DNA of 64,000 bases from Candidatus Bathyarchaeia archaeon (lineage in GTDB: Archaea; Thermoproteota; Bathyarchaeia; TCS64), in contig JBEKDF010000006.1 of assembly GCA_050014495.1 (NCBI GenBank), positions 1 to 64,000 on the forward strand. The letters are read 5' to 3'. Both the position numbers and the translations under genes were made by a program. Positions 30,215-41,012 of the stretch are shown here, one piece after another (position 1 is the stretch's first letter; the number at the start of each line of letters is the position of its first letter). The notes beneath the pieces were generated by a model. It worked only from the letters and a program-made list of their open reading frames with translations, made no database searches and was not told the DNA's origin.

Positions 30215-32047
30215 TTGCGCAGTTTGACGAACTATAACCCCAGTAGCTGGAACCTAACGAAGCGCCTAATGGGACAGATCAAGCCCTACATGGGAACCTA
30301 TTTACTGATAAATCTCACGGCATTCGGGAGGGATGGCGTTTATAGTTTACTTGCTCCGCTACTCGTCCTACTCATAATCGACAACGTTTTAGTACCAGTT
30401 CCGGGGGACACGAATTGGTTCCTCGAACTCGTTAAACAGTGGACGGGCGTCAGCGATAGATATGGCTTATTGGTCATACTTGTCAGCCTCATCATTCTGC
30501 TAGCCATTACAAGATTTGTATTCTTTATAATTCACAGATACTACCGCGGTGTTCTGAGTCAGAACATTCTCCGTGATCTGCGCAGGGATTTATACAATGC
30601 CCTAATCAACAAGTCATTCAGCTACCTCAGCCAAGTCAGAACAGGCCAGATCATTAGCAGAGTTACCAGCGACATGAACGCCATCGATCTATTCTACTCA
30701 GAGACAGTGAGGGAGACGTTTAGAATGACCCTTCAGCTGGTCATCGCTGTAATAATCCTACTGTTCATTAACCCAGGCTTAACCGGCATCACTCTACTCA
30801 CACTGCCATTCATCTTCCTGGCAACGCGACTTTACCTACCGAGGGTCAGGAGTCGCATGCTCGCAGCAAAGTCACAGTTTGACACCCTCAACGGCGTACT
30901 TGTCGAAGGGATCACCGCCCAGAAGCTCATCAAAGGTTTTGGCCAGGAAGATAATTTTGGCGCCAGGTTTGAGAAGGAGAATCAGGGATACGTCGAGAAG
31001 AGCTTAAGGACCCTGAAGATACAGGCAGCCTACACACCCTCGGGGACGTTGATCAGCGCAGTTGGTATTGCCCTAGTTTTAGTGTTTGGTGGCATCTTGG
31101 TTGTTGGCGGCAGTCTAACACTGGGTGAATTGGTACTCTTCGGAACATACTTCACCCAACTGGTTGGGCCCGTTAGGATGTACGCCCGCCTAATTGATTT
31201 CTACCAGGATGGACTTGTAAGTGCCCGACGCGTCTACGAAGTCATAGACATAGGCAGGGACGTGCCAGAGGCAGAGCACCCAATAACTCTACCTCGCCTA
31301 AAGGGAGACATCGAGTTCAGGAACGTATCCTTCAGCTACGGGACAGCCGAGACCCTGAAGGATGTGAATATTAAAGTCGAATCGGGAGAAAAAGTCGCGA
31401 TAATCGGCTTCGTCGGCTCGGGTAAGAGCGCGTTGACGGAGCTTGTGCCACGGTTCTATGATGTGACGGCTGGCCAGGTCTTGATCGATGGCTTCGACGT
31501 CCGCGAGGGATCATTAAAATCTCTCAGGAGCCAGATCGGGATAGTTCTTCAAGACATATACATATTCTCAACCACAATCAAGGAGAACATAACATTCGGT
31601 AAACCAGATGCCACAGATGAAGAGGTCATCGCAGCCACGAAAGCTGCGCAGATCCACGATTACATATCCTCTCTACCAAAGGGATATAACACCGATGTAG
31701 GGGAGAGGGGACTAACACTCAGCGGAGGCCAGCGGCAGAGGGTGGCAATCGCTAGGGTGCTACTCATGAACCCATCGATCCTCATACTTGACGACTCGAC
31801 CAGTAATGTCGACGCGGAGACGGAGGTTCTCATTCGGAAGGCTATAGATGCACTTTTGGAGGGTCGAACCGCGTTGATAATTACTCAGCGTGCCTCTACA
31901 TGTGAGAATGCTGACAAGGTCGTTGTGGTCGATGAGGGGCAAATCGCCGCCATTGGCAAACACGATGAGCTACTAAAGACGAGTGAAAAGTATCGGAGAT
32001 TGATTGAGTCACAGACTCTCACCATGGACCAGGAGGCTGATGACTGA
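30215..32047 (+). CDS. Heterodimeric ABC exporter, subunit with degenerate site (TM287-like)
   Basis: TMD plus NBD; LSGGQRQR; Walker B ILDD (E to D) and switch Q replacing H. Confidence 0.92.
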   Translation: MRSLTNYNPSSWNLTKRLMGQIKPYMGTYLLINLTAFGRDGVYSLLAPLLVLLIIDNVLVPVPGDTNWFLELVKQWTGVSDRYGLLVILVSLIILLAITRFVFFIIHRYYRGVLSQNILRDLRRDLYNALINKSFSYLSQVRTGQIISRVTSDMNAIDLFYSETVRETFRMTLQLVIAVIILLFINPGLTGITLLTLPFIFLATRLYLPRVRSRMLAAKSQFDTLNGVLVEGITAQKLIKGFGQEDNFGARFEKENQGYVEKSLRTLKIQAAYTPSGTLISAVGIALVLVFGGILVVGGSLTLGELVLFGTYFTQLVGPVRMYARLIDFYQDGLVSARRVYEVIDIGRDVPEAEHPITLPRLKGDIEFRNVSFSYGTAETLKDVNIKVESGEKVAIIGFVGSGKSALTELVPRFYDVTAGQVLIDGFDVREGSLKSLRSQIGIVLQDIYIFSTTIKENITFGKPDATDEEVIAATKAAQIHDYISSLPKGYNTDVGERGLTLSGGQRQRVAIARVLLMNPSILILDDSTSNVDAETEVLIRKAIDALLEGRTALIITQRASTCENADKVVVVDEGQIAAIGKHDELLKTSEKYRRLIESQTLTMDQEADD

Positions 32048-33918
32048 TGGCTGAATTTGCAGGCAGATACGATGTAGGCTCCTTAGAGTCGACGCAGAGG
32101 AAGTTCACTGACTGGCAGTTGGTCAAGAGGATAGTCAAGGATTACATGTTCCGACACAAGCCTCTTGTCGGCGGAGTCGGCATCATCATAGTGCTGAAGA
32201 CAATCCTAGTTTTGGCTGGACCTTACATCTACAAGGTTACCCTTGATAACTTCATTAGCAACCAACCCGAAGCAAACGAGCAATGGCTCGTAGGAATAAT
32301 TCTAGGCATCTCGTCATTCATCAGCAGCGGATCACCCACAGCTTGGACAAACATAGCCTCAGCTGGGCTAGTCTACGTGGGAGTGGGCGTTCTGCTCTGG
32401 ATCATCATGAGCCTTCAGGAGTATTACATCAACAAACTCGGATTCCATATGATAGCCGACATAAGGTCAGATTTCTTCAACCATCTAGAGAAGCTGAGCC
32501 AGAACTTTTTCGAATACGGTAACACGGGTAAACTAGTCTCAAGGGTCACGAATGATGCGGAGGCCATGAGAACACTTGTCTCCTCCGGCATGATCGGCGT
32601 CGTCGCCGACTTGTTGACAGCCGTAGCGATACTGGTGACGATGTTCTTCCTGGACGTCCAACTCGCCCTAGTGGCGATAGCATTGGCACCGATCATAGCG
32701 CTTGTGACAAGGACCCTGAACAAGTTCGTACGCGACAGGTGGAGGGTAGCTAGGCTCAACATAGCCTCCATGACAGCTAAGGTTCAGGACCTCATGTACG
32801 GCGCCAAGGTGACCAAGGCTATGGCTCAGGAGGAGAGGAGCTTAACCGACTTCAATGTGGTGAACCAAGCTAACGCCAAGGCACAGATCAGGGCCGAGGT
32901 GACTGCCAATATCTATGAAGCAACCGTCGGCTTCTTCACGGCGATTATCAGCAGCCTCATTTGGTTTGTTGGAGGTCAACAGGTCGTCGCCACGGTTAGG
33001 AGTCTCGGTGACCTGGTAGCCTTTGTCCAGTATAGTGACAGCTTCCTTACCCCCATTAACAATATCAGCACATTCTACGGCGGTATCCAGGCTGCATTAG
33101 CAGGTGCAGAGAGGATCTTCGTTGTGCTGGACATCAACCCAGAGGTCAGTGAGGCACCCGATGCCGTCGAGTTCCCCGAGGGTGATGGAATCATAGAGCT
33201 AAGGGACGTGAAATTCAGCTACGTCAAGGATCAGCCAGTCCTCAAGGGGATAAACATCAAGACTAGACCGGGGGAGCGACTCGCCATATTTGGACCCACT
33301 GGATCAGGTAAGTCCAGCATAATCAACCTCGTAGGCCGTTTCTACGACCCGGACGCTGGTGAGGTGCTGATAGACGGGCTAGACCTCAAGAAGGTAAAGC
33401 TAAAATCGCTCCGCCACAAAGTTGGCATAGTCCTCCAGGAACCCTACCTCTTCCAAGGAACACTAAGATACAACCTCAAATTTGGTCGACCGGAGGCCTC
33501 AGATGAGGATATGCTAAGGATCACAAAGCTCGTAGGCATCCACGACCCCATAATGAAGCTACCAAATGGTTACGATGAGGAGGTTCGCGAGAGGGGAAGC
33601 AACCTAAGCTTCGGCCAGCGCCAGCTAGTCTGCCTAGCACGGGCCCTCATAGTCGACCCGAAGATACTCATACTCGACGAGGCCACCAGCAGCGTCGACC
33701 CATACACCGAACAACTCATCCAGAATGCACTGAAAGCCGAGATGGAGAACAGAACCATCCTCATAGTCACGCACCGCGTCAGCACTGTACGGGATACTGA
33801 CCGAATCATCGTCCTCTATCAGGGTGAGGTCCAAGCTGAGGGAACCCACTCACAACTGCTAAAGAAAAACGAATTGTACAAGCGCCTATGCGAGATGCAG
33901 CTCGTAAAAATTTCTTAA
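32047..33918 (+). CDS. Heterodimeric ABC exporter, partner subunit (TM288-like)
   Basis: GPTGSGKS, LSFGQRQ, ILDEATS, HR switch; TGATG overlap with the previous gene. Confidence 0.92.
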   Translation: MAEFAGRYDVGSLESTQRKFTDWQLVKRIVKDYMFRHKPLVGGVGIIIVLKTILVLAGPYIYKVTLDNFISNQPEANEQWLVGIILGISSFISSGSPTAWTNIASAGLVYVGVGVLLWIIMSLQEYYINKLGFHMIADIRSDFFNHLEKLSQNFFEYGNTGKLVSRVTNDAEAMRTLVSSGMIGVVADLLTAVAILVTMFFLDVQLALVAIALAPIIALVTRTLNKFVRDRWRVARLNIASMTAKVQDLMYGAKVTKAMAQEERSLTDFNVVNQANAKAQIRAEVTANIYEATVGFFTAIISSLIWFVGGQQVVATVRSLGDLVAFVQYSDSFLTPINNISTFYGGIQAALAGAERIFVVLDINPEVSEAPDAVEFPEGDGIIELRDVKFSYVKDQPVLKGINIKTRPGERLAIFGPTGSGKSSIINLVGRFYDPDAGEVLIDGLDLKKVKLKSLRHKVGIVLQEPYLFQGTLRYNLKFGRPEASDEDMLRITKLVGIHDPIMKLPNGYDEEVRERGSNLSFGQRQLVCLARALIVDPKILILDEATSSVDPYTEQLIQNALKAEMENRTILIVTHRVSTVRDTDRIIVLYQGEVQAEGTHSQLLKKNELYKRLCEMQLVKIS

Positions 33919-34100
33919 ATCAACTCATTCTCCCAAGTGAATGCCTGCATCGAACTTTCCGTAAATAGCTCCTACTCACATTTTCCTTTGAAATTTAGAG
34001 AATAATTGAGTTGTTTTTCAGATTTGAGCCATTATCGCACCCGAGAGTCGACTTAAGGCTTATCACGACTAAAGAAGTCTACACCTGAGAGGAAACCAGC

Positions 34101-35333
34101 GTGATCAATGTGGAGCACAAGAAGCAAATATTTAGGAAGGTTGAGGAGAGCTTCGCTGAAGAAACGGATCTATTAACTCGACTCGTGAAAACGAGAAGCA
34201 TCATAGGGTACGAACAAAACGCTCAGAAGCTCTACGCTGAAACCTGCCGCAATCTAGGACTCAGCGTCGAGATGTTCACTCCGGACAAGAACACCATCAA
34301 AACCCACACAGCATACACACCGATAGACCTCGACTACACTGGAAGGGAGAACATCATCGCGGAGCTGAGGGGAGCCGCTGAGGGTCGATCCCTCATCATG
34401 GGAAGCGACATCGACGTCGTCTCACCCGAGCCCACGCCCATGTGGACCCATGACCCATGGGGCGGAGAAGTTGTGGGAGACAGACTTTATGGATGAGGGG
34501 CAGCTGATATGAAGGCCAGCCTTGCAGCCAACATCTATGCACTCAAGGCCCTGCTTGACCTAGGTCTAAGACCTAGAGGTAAGGTGACCCTGGAGAGCAC
34601 GATAGAGGAGGAGCTAGGAGGCAGCGGAGGCACATTTGCCTGCTTAATGCACGGTGTAATCGCCGATGGCTTACTGATCACTGAACCATCAGAAGAGAAT
34701 ATCTACGTCACACACCCCGGCATCAGGTACTTCCGAGTCACCGTGTATGGGAAAACGGCCCATGCCGCCTTCTCACACACCGGATGCGCGCGCGCACTCG
34801 ACATCGAGAGAGCTAAAAGACTCTTTTACCCACTCGTCGAGAAGCAGACGGGCAGGTCATGCAACCTCTCCATGGGTAAGATGCAGGCAGGCGACTGGGT
34901 GTCAACAGTCGCCGGATTGGCGACTCTTGAGTGCAGGGTAGGCTTCGTACCTGGTGAGACTCGCCAAGGCGTCGAGACTGAGATCAAGAAGACCATACGA
35001 GAAGCAATCAGGAGAGACACGTGACTTGAAGAGAAGCCCCTAAAAATAGACTGGTTCGGATGGGACACAGATCCATGGATGGAGCCCACGGACTCAAAGT
35101 TTGTCAAGACCCTCCAAGAAGCAGGTAGTGAGGTCTATGGTGAAGCACCCGAGCTCACCGGGGCATCCGGTGGACTCGATGCACGCTTCGGCCACTACTT
35201 CGGAGTACCATCTCTCTCCTACGGGCCCATGGGAGCTAACTACCATGGCGTCGATGAATACGTCGATCTGCCTTCACTCATGAGGGCGACGAAGACATTG
35301 GCTCTCTTCATCGCCGATTGGTGTGGACTATAA
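34101..35333 (+). pseudogene. ArgE/DapE-family M20 deacylase with two in-frame TGA stops and an internal deletion
   Basis: One frame: LYG*GAADMK (TGA 34494-34496), EEE, ITEP, RDT*LEE (TGA 35022-35024), YHGVDE; the G-VNAI helix is missing at GCGCGCGCGC 34786-34795. Confidence 0.88.
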
Positions 35334-35459
35334 GTAACGTCATGCATACACGAACATCTTCGTGCTCCCAAAGACATTTTACACAGGCTGCGTTGTGCTC
35401 AAATTTTTGTGAGCAAGATAGGACAATCAAAATGTCGTTAGTTCTCATGGACCCGATCA

Positions 35460-35996
35460 CTAAGCTCTCTTAAACCTCTTCTCCTTCAAAGATGTCACGA
35501 AAGCATCCCCCCAGATGTGGAGCAAGGGCTTCGCGAGCTCCACGTCAATGACATCCTGGAACATCTCATCTCGAGCATCCGACTCGAGCACCTCCCCAAT
35601 GATCCAAACGCTCCTCTCACTCATTGGGACGTTACTCCTCATCCTGCACTCAATCCAGCCATACGCCTCAGCGATTCGAGGGGGCTTTACCCTTAACGCC
35701 TTGGCCTCGGTGAGACCACACATCTCGACCTCACTGACCTCATAAGGCCAATCCCTCTCCATCTCTTCCATCAGGGGCCCGAATTCTTCTCCCACCAAGT
35801 TGACAATGAACTCTCTATTCAGCTTGATGTTTCGCCACGTGTCGTGATCAACCTCACAGCAGAAACCATAGAGTGGTGTGGGTCGGGACGCCATTGGGGA
35901 GGAGAAGCTGAAGGGAGCAGCGTTTGATATGCCATTTCCAGAGATGGTTGTTATCACTACTGTGGGTCGCGGTATCAATCTGTAGAAGTCCTTCAT
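35460..35996 (-). CDS. Flavin reductase family protein (DIM6/NTAB)
   Basis: PRPTVVITT, NAAPFS, DTWRNI..EFIVN and PPRIAEA..IECR motifs. Confidence 0.9.
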   Translation of the reverse strand: MKDFYRLIPRPTVVITTISGNGISNAAPFSFSSPMASRPTPLYGFCCEVDHDTWRNIKLNREFIVNLVGEEFGPLMEEMERDWPYEVSEVEMCGLTEAKALRVKPPRIAEAYGWIECRMRSNVPMSERSVWIIGEVLESDARDEMFQDVIDVELAKPLLHIWGDAFVTSLKEKRFKRA

Positions 35997-36121
35997 TCTA
36001 ATTCACTGTCATTGTGTAAATTGTTTGAAGCTAAAATAGTTCTACTTTGGTAGATCGTGCGAGTACAAAGATCGCCTTCTTTTTTTTGCTTAAATTAAAT
36101 TGTATAAAATAGGTTTTGTTT

Positions 36122-36538
36122 CTAATTAGGCTGACTTGTTAGGAAATCCCAGATCTTCTCCGTTAGAGTCCTCTTAGAAAATTGGTGAAGTAAATCGGTC
36201 GAATTGATTATACCTATTACCCCCCCATTCTCCTCGACTGGCAGCCGCCTTATCCTCTTCAACAACATGAACCTAGCTGCATCCTTAATCTCCATATCAG
36301 CATCTACGGTGATCAGGGGCTTCGACATCACCTCCTCGACCTTCGTCGTATTTGGTAGATTCTCCGCTAGGACCCTTCGAATTAGGTCCCTCTCGGTAAT
36401 GATACCCTGGGCCCAAGATCCTACGTAGACTATGAGGCTCCCGCGACCATAATCTTTCATCAGGTTGGCTGCCTCTACAACCGTCTTACTTGCATCTATA
36501 GAGACGATTTTCTTAGCCACGTCCTTAACTGTCGACAT
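36122..36538 (-). CDS. CBS-pair domain protein
   Basis: GIITERDL, VMSKPLITV, IRRLPV; start ATG 36538 with GAGGAG SD. Confidence 0.9.
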   Translation of the reverse strand: MSTVKDVAKKIVSIDASKTVVEAANLMKDYGRGSLIVYVGSWAQGIITERDLIRRVLAENLPNTTKVEEVMSKPLITVDADMEIKDAARFMLLKRIRRLPVEENGGVIGIINSTDLLHQFSKRTLTEKIWDFLTSQPN

Positions 36539-36866
36539 CTCCTCAACAATGAAATAATGGTGCTGGTGATTAATAATATTAGTATTGAGAATTAACACAT
36601 GCACACACGCGCGTAATTGCTCTATCGCGCGCGCAAATGTATACCAATTATATTGACTCGGCTATGAATGGGTTTAGAATATTAGACCTAAAAACAGATG
36701 TGAGATTCGTGCGCGCGCAAGAGGATTAGGACAACATGATTCGCAACCAATGTTACTCTGTCGCCCGCTTGCAAAGTAAGTGTACAATTCTGAGAGTACT
36801 CGATCTATAGAACTCATCTAAAGGAATCACCAAACTTTTAGCCTCGTAGATTCTCCCATAGCAAGC

Positions 36867-38048
36867 ATGGCGCAAAGTCGCTACAACCTGACCTACATCG
36901 TTCTTTGCGTGATTGCTATCCTCGCGATGTTTAGCACACAGCTGATCAATCCACTTTTAGCGATTTACGCTAAACAGATAGGGGCTGTGGGTCTATGGAT
37001 CGGCCTCTCCGTCTCTGCTTACTGGGTCGCTAGGGTTCTCCTTGAGATTCCCAGCGGCTTCATCTCCACAAAGTTTGGTTACTATCTGCCCATGGCGGTC
37101 GGCCTCTTACTTACCGCTGTCGGCAACATCCTCTGCGCATACGTTGTTGACCCGTTTCAGCTCTTCCTCGCGAGGGTGCTTATGGGGATAGGTGCCCCAC
37201 TCTTCTTCGCGGTTTCAATGACCCTGATAATCAACATGTTCTCGATTGAGCGGAGGGGGAGTGCGATGGGGCTCTTCCAGGGAATCGAGTTCCTGGGAAG
37301 CACGCTTGCCTCGACTTTCAGCGGCCTTATCATCACGGGTCTTGGCTTCGTAGGCGCATTCTTTCTCTCAACGGCTATGGCGGTGGTCGGCTTATTTCTT
37401 TTGATGCTACCCCATCTGCGTAAGGATATCAAGACTCAACCAACATCGACAAGCATTAAACTCTCTACACTTCCCAAGGTTCTGACTAACAAGTGGCTTC
37501 TGATCGTCTGCGCTGTGACGCTAATGAACTTCATGCTCTACCAGGGTGTCCTCTTTACCACATTCCCGCTTTACCTGAACGAGATCCTGAAGATGTCGCT
37601 CACCGACATAGGTTTCGTCCAGGGAGCGAGGTCGGCAGGTTATGTACTCTCAATGTTATTCATGGGTATTATCTCCGATAGAATAGGGAGGAAGCCGATC
37701 ATACTCTTCGGGGCACTCGGTACCGCTATAATGAGTGTTGTCCTGAATTACGCTGTAGGATTCACCGCGATTGCTGTTGCCATGTTCCTAATCGGAATTA
37801 CCACTGGTGCTGTGTGGATTATTTGCCCAGTAATCGCAGCGGAGCTCGTTGACTATGACCAAAGGGGCGCCGCGGTCGGGACCTATCGTACATTCTTCGA
37901 CGCTGGCTCAGTGTTTGGTCCCATACTCATGATTTGGGTTGTTGGGGTCTATGGGAATTCAATGTCCTTCTTCCTCTCAGCGATACTCTTACTGGTTGTC
38001 TTCGTCCCATGCTTTTGGCTGAAGGAAACCAGGAAAGCTCTAGCATGA
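36867..38048 (+). CDS. MFS transporter (12 TM)
   Basis: GIISDRIGRK motif A; RGAAVGTYR. Confidence 0.9.
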   Translation: MAQSRYNLTYIVLCVIAILAMFSTQLINPLLAIYAKQIGAVGLWIGLSVSAYWVARVLLEIPSGFISTKFGYYLPMAVGLLLTAVGNILCAYVVDPFQLFLARVLMGIGAPLFFAVSMTLIINMFSIERRGSAMGLFQGIEFLGSTLASTFSGLIITGLGFVGAFFLSTAMAVVGLFLLMLPHLRKDIKTQPTSTSIKLSTLPKVLTNKWLLIVCAVTLMNFMLYQGVLFTTFPLYLNEILKMSLTDIGFVQGARSAGYVLSMLFMGIISDRIGRKPIILFGALGTAIMSVVLNYAVGFTAIAVAMFLIGITTGAVWIICPVIAAELVDYDQRGAAVGTYRTFFDAGSVFGPILMIWVVGVYGNSMSFFLSAILLLVVFVPCFWLKETRKALA

Positions 38049-38196
38049 GGTAAATAGTATGCCATTGGCGAAAGTGGGGTTGTGTTAATCATCGAGATCG
38101 ATTTTCGTTTGCTCAGCCGTTGTATGCGCGCAACGCGTTGATGTAATCATTGAAGGACAGTTTTAAAAAAAATATTAAACAAGAATGTGGGTCGAT

Positions 38197-38589
38197 TTGG
38201 TAAAGAAAATAGGTCACATCATAGTCCTCGTCAAGGACCAGGACGAGGCAGCGCGGTTCTATACCGAAAAACTTGGCTTCGTTAAACGTCAAGACAATTT
38301 CCTTGGCCCAGGAATGCGTTGGGTCACGGTGTCTCCGAAGGGGCAGATGGATCTCGAACTTACATTCGTGAAGGCGGAGACCGAGGATTACCTGAAGATA
38401 GTTGGTAGGCAAGACGCGGGTCACGTTCTTTTCACTCTCGAAACTGATAACTGCAAACGAGACTTCGAAGACATGAGGTCGAAGGGTGTAAAGTTCCACG
38501 GGAAACCCACGCGTCAGATGTATGGGATTGATGTTGTTCTAGAAGACCTCTACGGTAACCTGCTTGACTTAATTGAACGTACAGGGTAA
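38197..38589 (+). CDS. VOC/glyoxalase family protein
   Basis: VKDQDEAARFYTEKLGF, RWVTV, DLYGN. Confidence 0.88.
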   Translation: MVKKIGHIIVLVKDQDEAARFYTEKLGFVKRQDNFLGPGMRWVTVSPKGQMDLELTFVKAETEDYLKIVGRQDAGHVLFTLETDNCKRDFEDMRSKGVKFHGKPTRQMYGIDVVLEDLYGNLLDLIERTG

Positions 38590-38667
38590 TGAAAACTCGG
38601 TCGCGCGAGTAGCTCGAGTTGTTCCTTATGTTATGTCACTATTAACTAACGATCACTGACTATCGTG

Positions 38668-39776
38668 CTAGCTGTACCTTGTCTTTGATGGCATCATCGC
38701 CAGTATTACCAACTTAGCTATTTGTGTGGTTGATAGGAAGAGGAGGATTAGTGTTGGATTGATCCCCCAGAGGTAACCGCCGATGATGGGGGCTGCGAAG
38801 CTTGTCACTCCAGCAAATTAGCCGAGGACGCCGAACCACGAGCCGAGAAGTTCCCTTGGCACGAGCTCCACCGTTATTGAGCTCTCAGTGACCCCCGCGA
38901 GCATGGTGAATCCATTGAAGGCACCCGCAGCTAGTAGTGCTATGTCGCTTTGCGCAGTTCCTAATATAAGTAATCCGAGGCAGTAGATTGGAGTCAAGGC
39001 GCGCGCGTGCTAGCGCCCTTAACCTGTCTTGCGTAAAGCGGAATGTAGAAACTTATGTACCAAGGTATCGACATAAGCATATAGTAGAAGAGCCAACGTC
39101 TCACTTTGACGACTTCTCGAAATACTCTATGCAGACCATCTTTGAGAATTGTGTCGTCGGTTATCTGGGGAATTGCTGGGTTTTGAAATTGCCTGAATAT
39201 GACTAACAAGGCGATGAGTATTCCTACCGTGCTGATCCAGAATAGGGGTCTTATTCCCTGGATGGTGAGTCCTCCTAGGTAGCCTATAATAATCGCTGCT
39301 ACTACTGGTGCGAACAGGCGAGGAATCGCTGCGACGGTGTCGCAAAGCTGCATGCCAGTAGTTCTCTCAACGCTTTTGAGGCAGGCACCGCAGACCATTG
39401 GACAGACGTTATTTGAGATCAGTATCGCTATTGATGTGAAGAGATAGGCAAAAGCAGTGATCTGCCAACTCCCTGCGAGCCCAATTATGGAGTAACCGAT
39501 GGCGAAGATTAAGAGGGAGGCCATTATCATCTTTTTGATGCCTTGACGGTCGGCGAGCAGTCCGAAGGGTATTGAGAGTATTGTGTTGGCTACTCCACCT
39601 AGACTCGCCAGATAACCGAGTTGGATTGCTGAGGCTCCTAGTAATGTGACGTAGATGGACTGATATTGTTGGGTTAATCCGATGGAAGTGTTGAGTAACA
39701 TGTTTTTCAGGATGTTTACCTTGAATGGTTTTTGCTGTTTAGTCAGGAATCGAAGAGATTTTAATATAATTGACAT
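38668..39776 (-). pseudogene. MFS transporter with internal deletion/frameshift and a nonsense codon
   Basis: N-half to YIPLYARQVKGAS, junction GCGCGCGCG (38999-39007), then a shifted frame LTPIYCLGLLILG...GVLG*FAG...SKTRYS* (TAA 38820-38818, TAG 38670-38668). Confidence 0.85.
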
Positions 39777-39878
39777 TCAGGATTTACCTCCGCCATGTAC
39801 GTATAATCTATCCCGTGGTGCATTCTAAATTATAACCTAGAACTATAATTATAGCGCGCGTGGTAAGGGAAAGTCTGT

Positions 39879-41012
39879 ATGAACCCGAGGGAAAGAGTCG
39901 TTGAAGCCCTTCAACACAGGCAACCGGATAGGCCGCCAGTCGATCTCGGCGGAACAGTGTCCGGGATCCATAACAAGGCATATAGCAACTTGATTCAAGC
40001 CCTCAACTTCGATCTCAAGATAAGGATTGATCCACGAGATGTTCAGCAACTAGCGAAACTTGATGAGGTTGTCCTCGAGAGACTCGGAGTTGACTTCCGA
40101 CACGTTTGCCTTAGACCGGTTCCTGGCCCGGGTGGAATAGAGCCAGATGCCTCGGGTAGACTTTATTTCGTCGATGAGTGGGGCATCAAGTGGGGAAAAA
40201 ACCCGAACTACTATGACATGATCGACCACCCACTGAAGGACGCCGGAATCGATGACCTAGATGAGTTCGACTGGCCTGACCCAAGGAACCTCATAAGGTT
40301 CAATGGGCTAAAAGAGGAGGTGGAGCACCTCTACCTCAGAACCGATTACGCCATCCAAGCAGATGCATTCTTCGGAGGAATATACGAATGCGCGTGGTGG
40401 CTCAGAGGCTTCGAGACATTCACTGTGGATATGTATAGGAGGCCTGAGTTCACCCTGAAATTTCTTGAAAAGATCTCCAAGCTCTACATGGAATTCTATA
40501 GTAAATATCTGGACGTCGTGGGGCCGTTTATCCAGGTAATCGATTACAATGATGACCTGGGGATGCAAACCGGCCCCATAATTTCGCCAACTATGTTCAG
40601 GAGATACTTGAAGCCCAGATATCTGGAGCTGTTCAATTTAATCCGAAACAAGACGAAGGCCAAGATATTTCTTCACACGTGTGGCTCTGTTTACCTATTA
40701 ATCCCCGACCTCATGGATATTGGGCTCGATATCCTGAACCCCATCCAGCCATTAGCGACGAAAATGGACATAGATACGCTGAAAAAGGACTTTGGTGAGA
40801 GACTATGCTTCCACGGGGGGATAGACATACAGAGGCTACTCCCCAACGGTTCCATCGAGGATGTGGAGGCTGAAGTGAGGAGAGTGGCTCGTGTTGGAGG
40901 GAAGGGGGGTGGGCTCATTCTGGCTGGGGCTCACAATATCCAGTCAGATGTCCCTCCACAAAACGTCCTTGCGATGTTTAAAGCCGCGGGAAGCTACGAA
41001 GCTTCCCCATAA
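39879..41012 (+). CDS. Uroporphyrinogen decarboxylase/MtaA-superfamily protein (probable methyltransferase)
   Basis: MNPRERV..DRPPVDLGG, DEWG, DDLGMQ, LHTCG, LNPIQP, FHGGIDIQ and HNIQSDVP motifs. Confidence 0.88.
   Translation: MNPRERVVEALQHRQPDRPPVDLGGTVSGIHNKAYSNLIQALNFDLKIRIDPRDVQQLAKLDEVVLERLGVDFRHVCLRPVPGPGGIEPDASGRLYFVDEWGIKWGKNPNYYDMIDHPLKDAGIDDLDEFDWPDPRNLIRFNGLKEEVEHLYLRTDYAIQADAFFGGIYECAWWLRGFETFTVDMYRRPEFTLKFLEKISKLYMEFYSKYLDVVGPFIQVIDYNDDLGMQTGPIISPTMFRRYLKPRYLELFNLIRNKTKAKIFLHTCGSVYLLIPDLMDIGLDILNPIQPLATKMDIDTLKKDFGERLCFHGGIDIQRLLPNGSIEDVEAEVRRVARVGGKGGGLILAGAHNIQSDVPPQNVLAMFKAAGSYEASP

Noticed and set aside
30215..33918. Degenerate Walker B, switch and signature motifs as signs of pseudogenisation
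   Set aside because: This asymmetry is the normal pattern of heterodimeric ABC exporters
6367..35024. TGA recoding (Trp or Sec) suggested by in-frame TGAs at 6367, 34494 and 35022
   Set aside because: The TGAs replace different residues (Trp, Arg, Trp) and none is at a Cys position; in-frame TAA lesions also occur; many intact genes here end in TGA. Decay is the simpler explanation.
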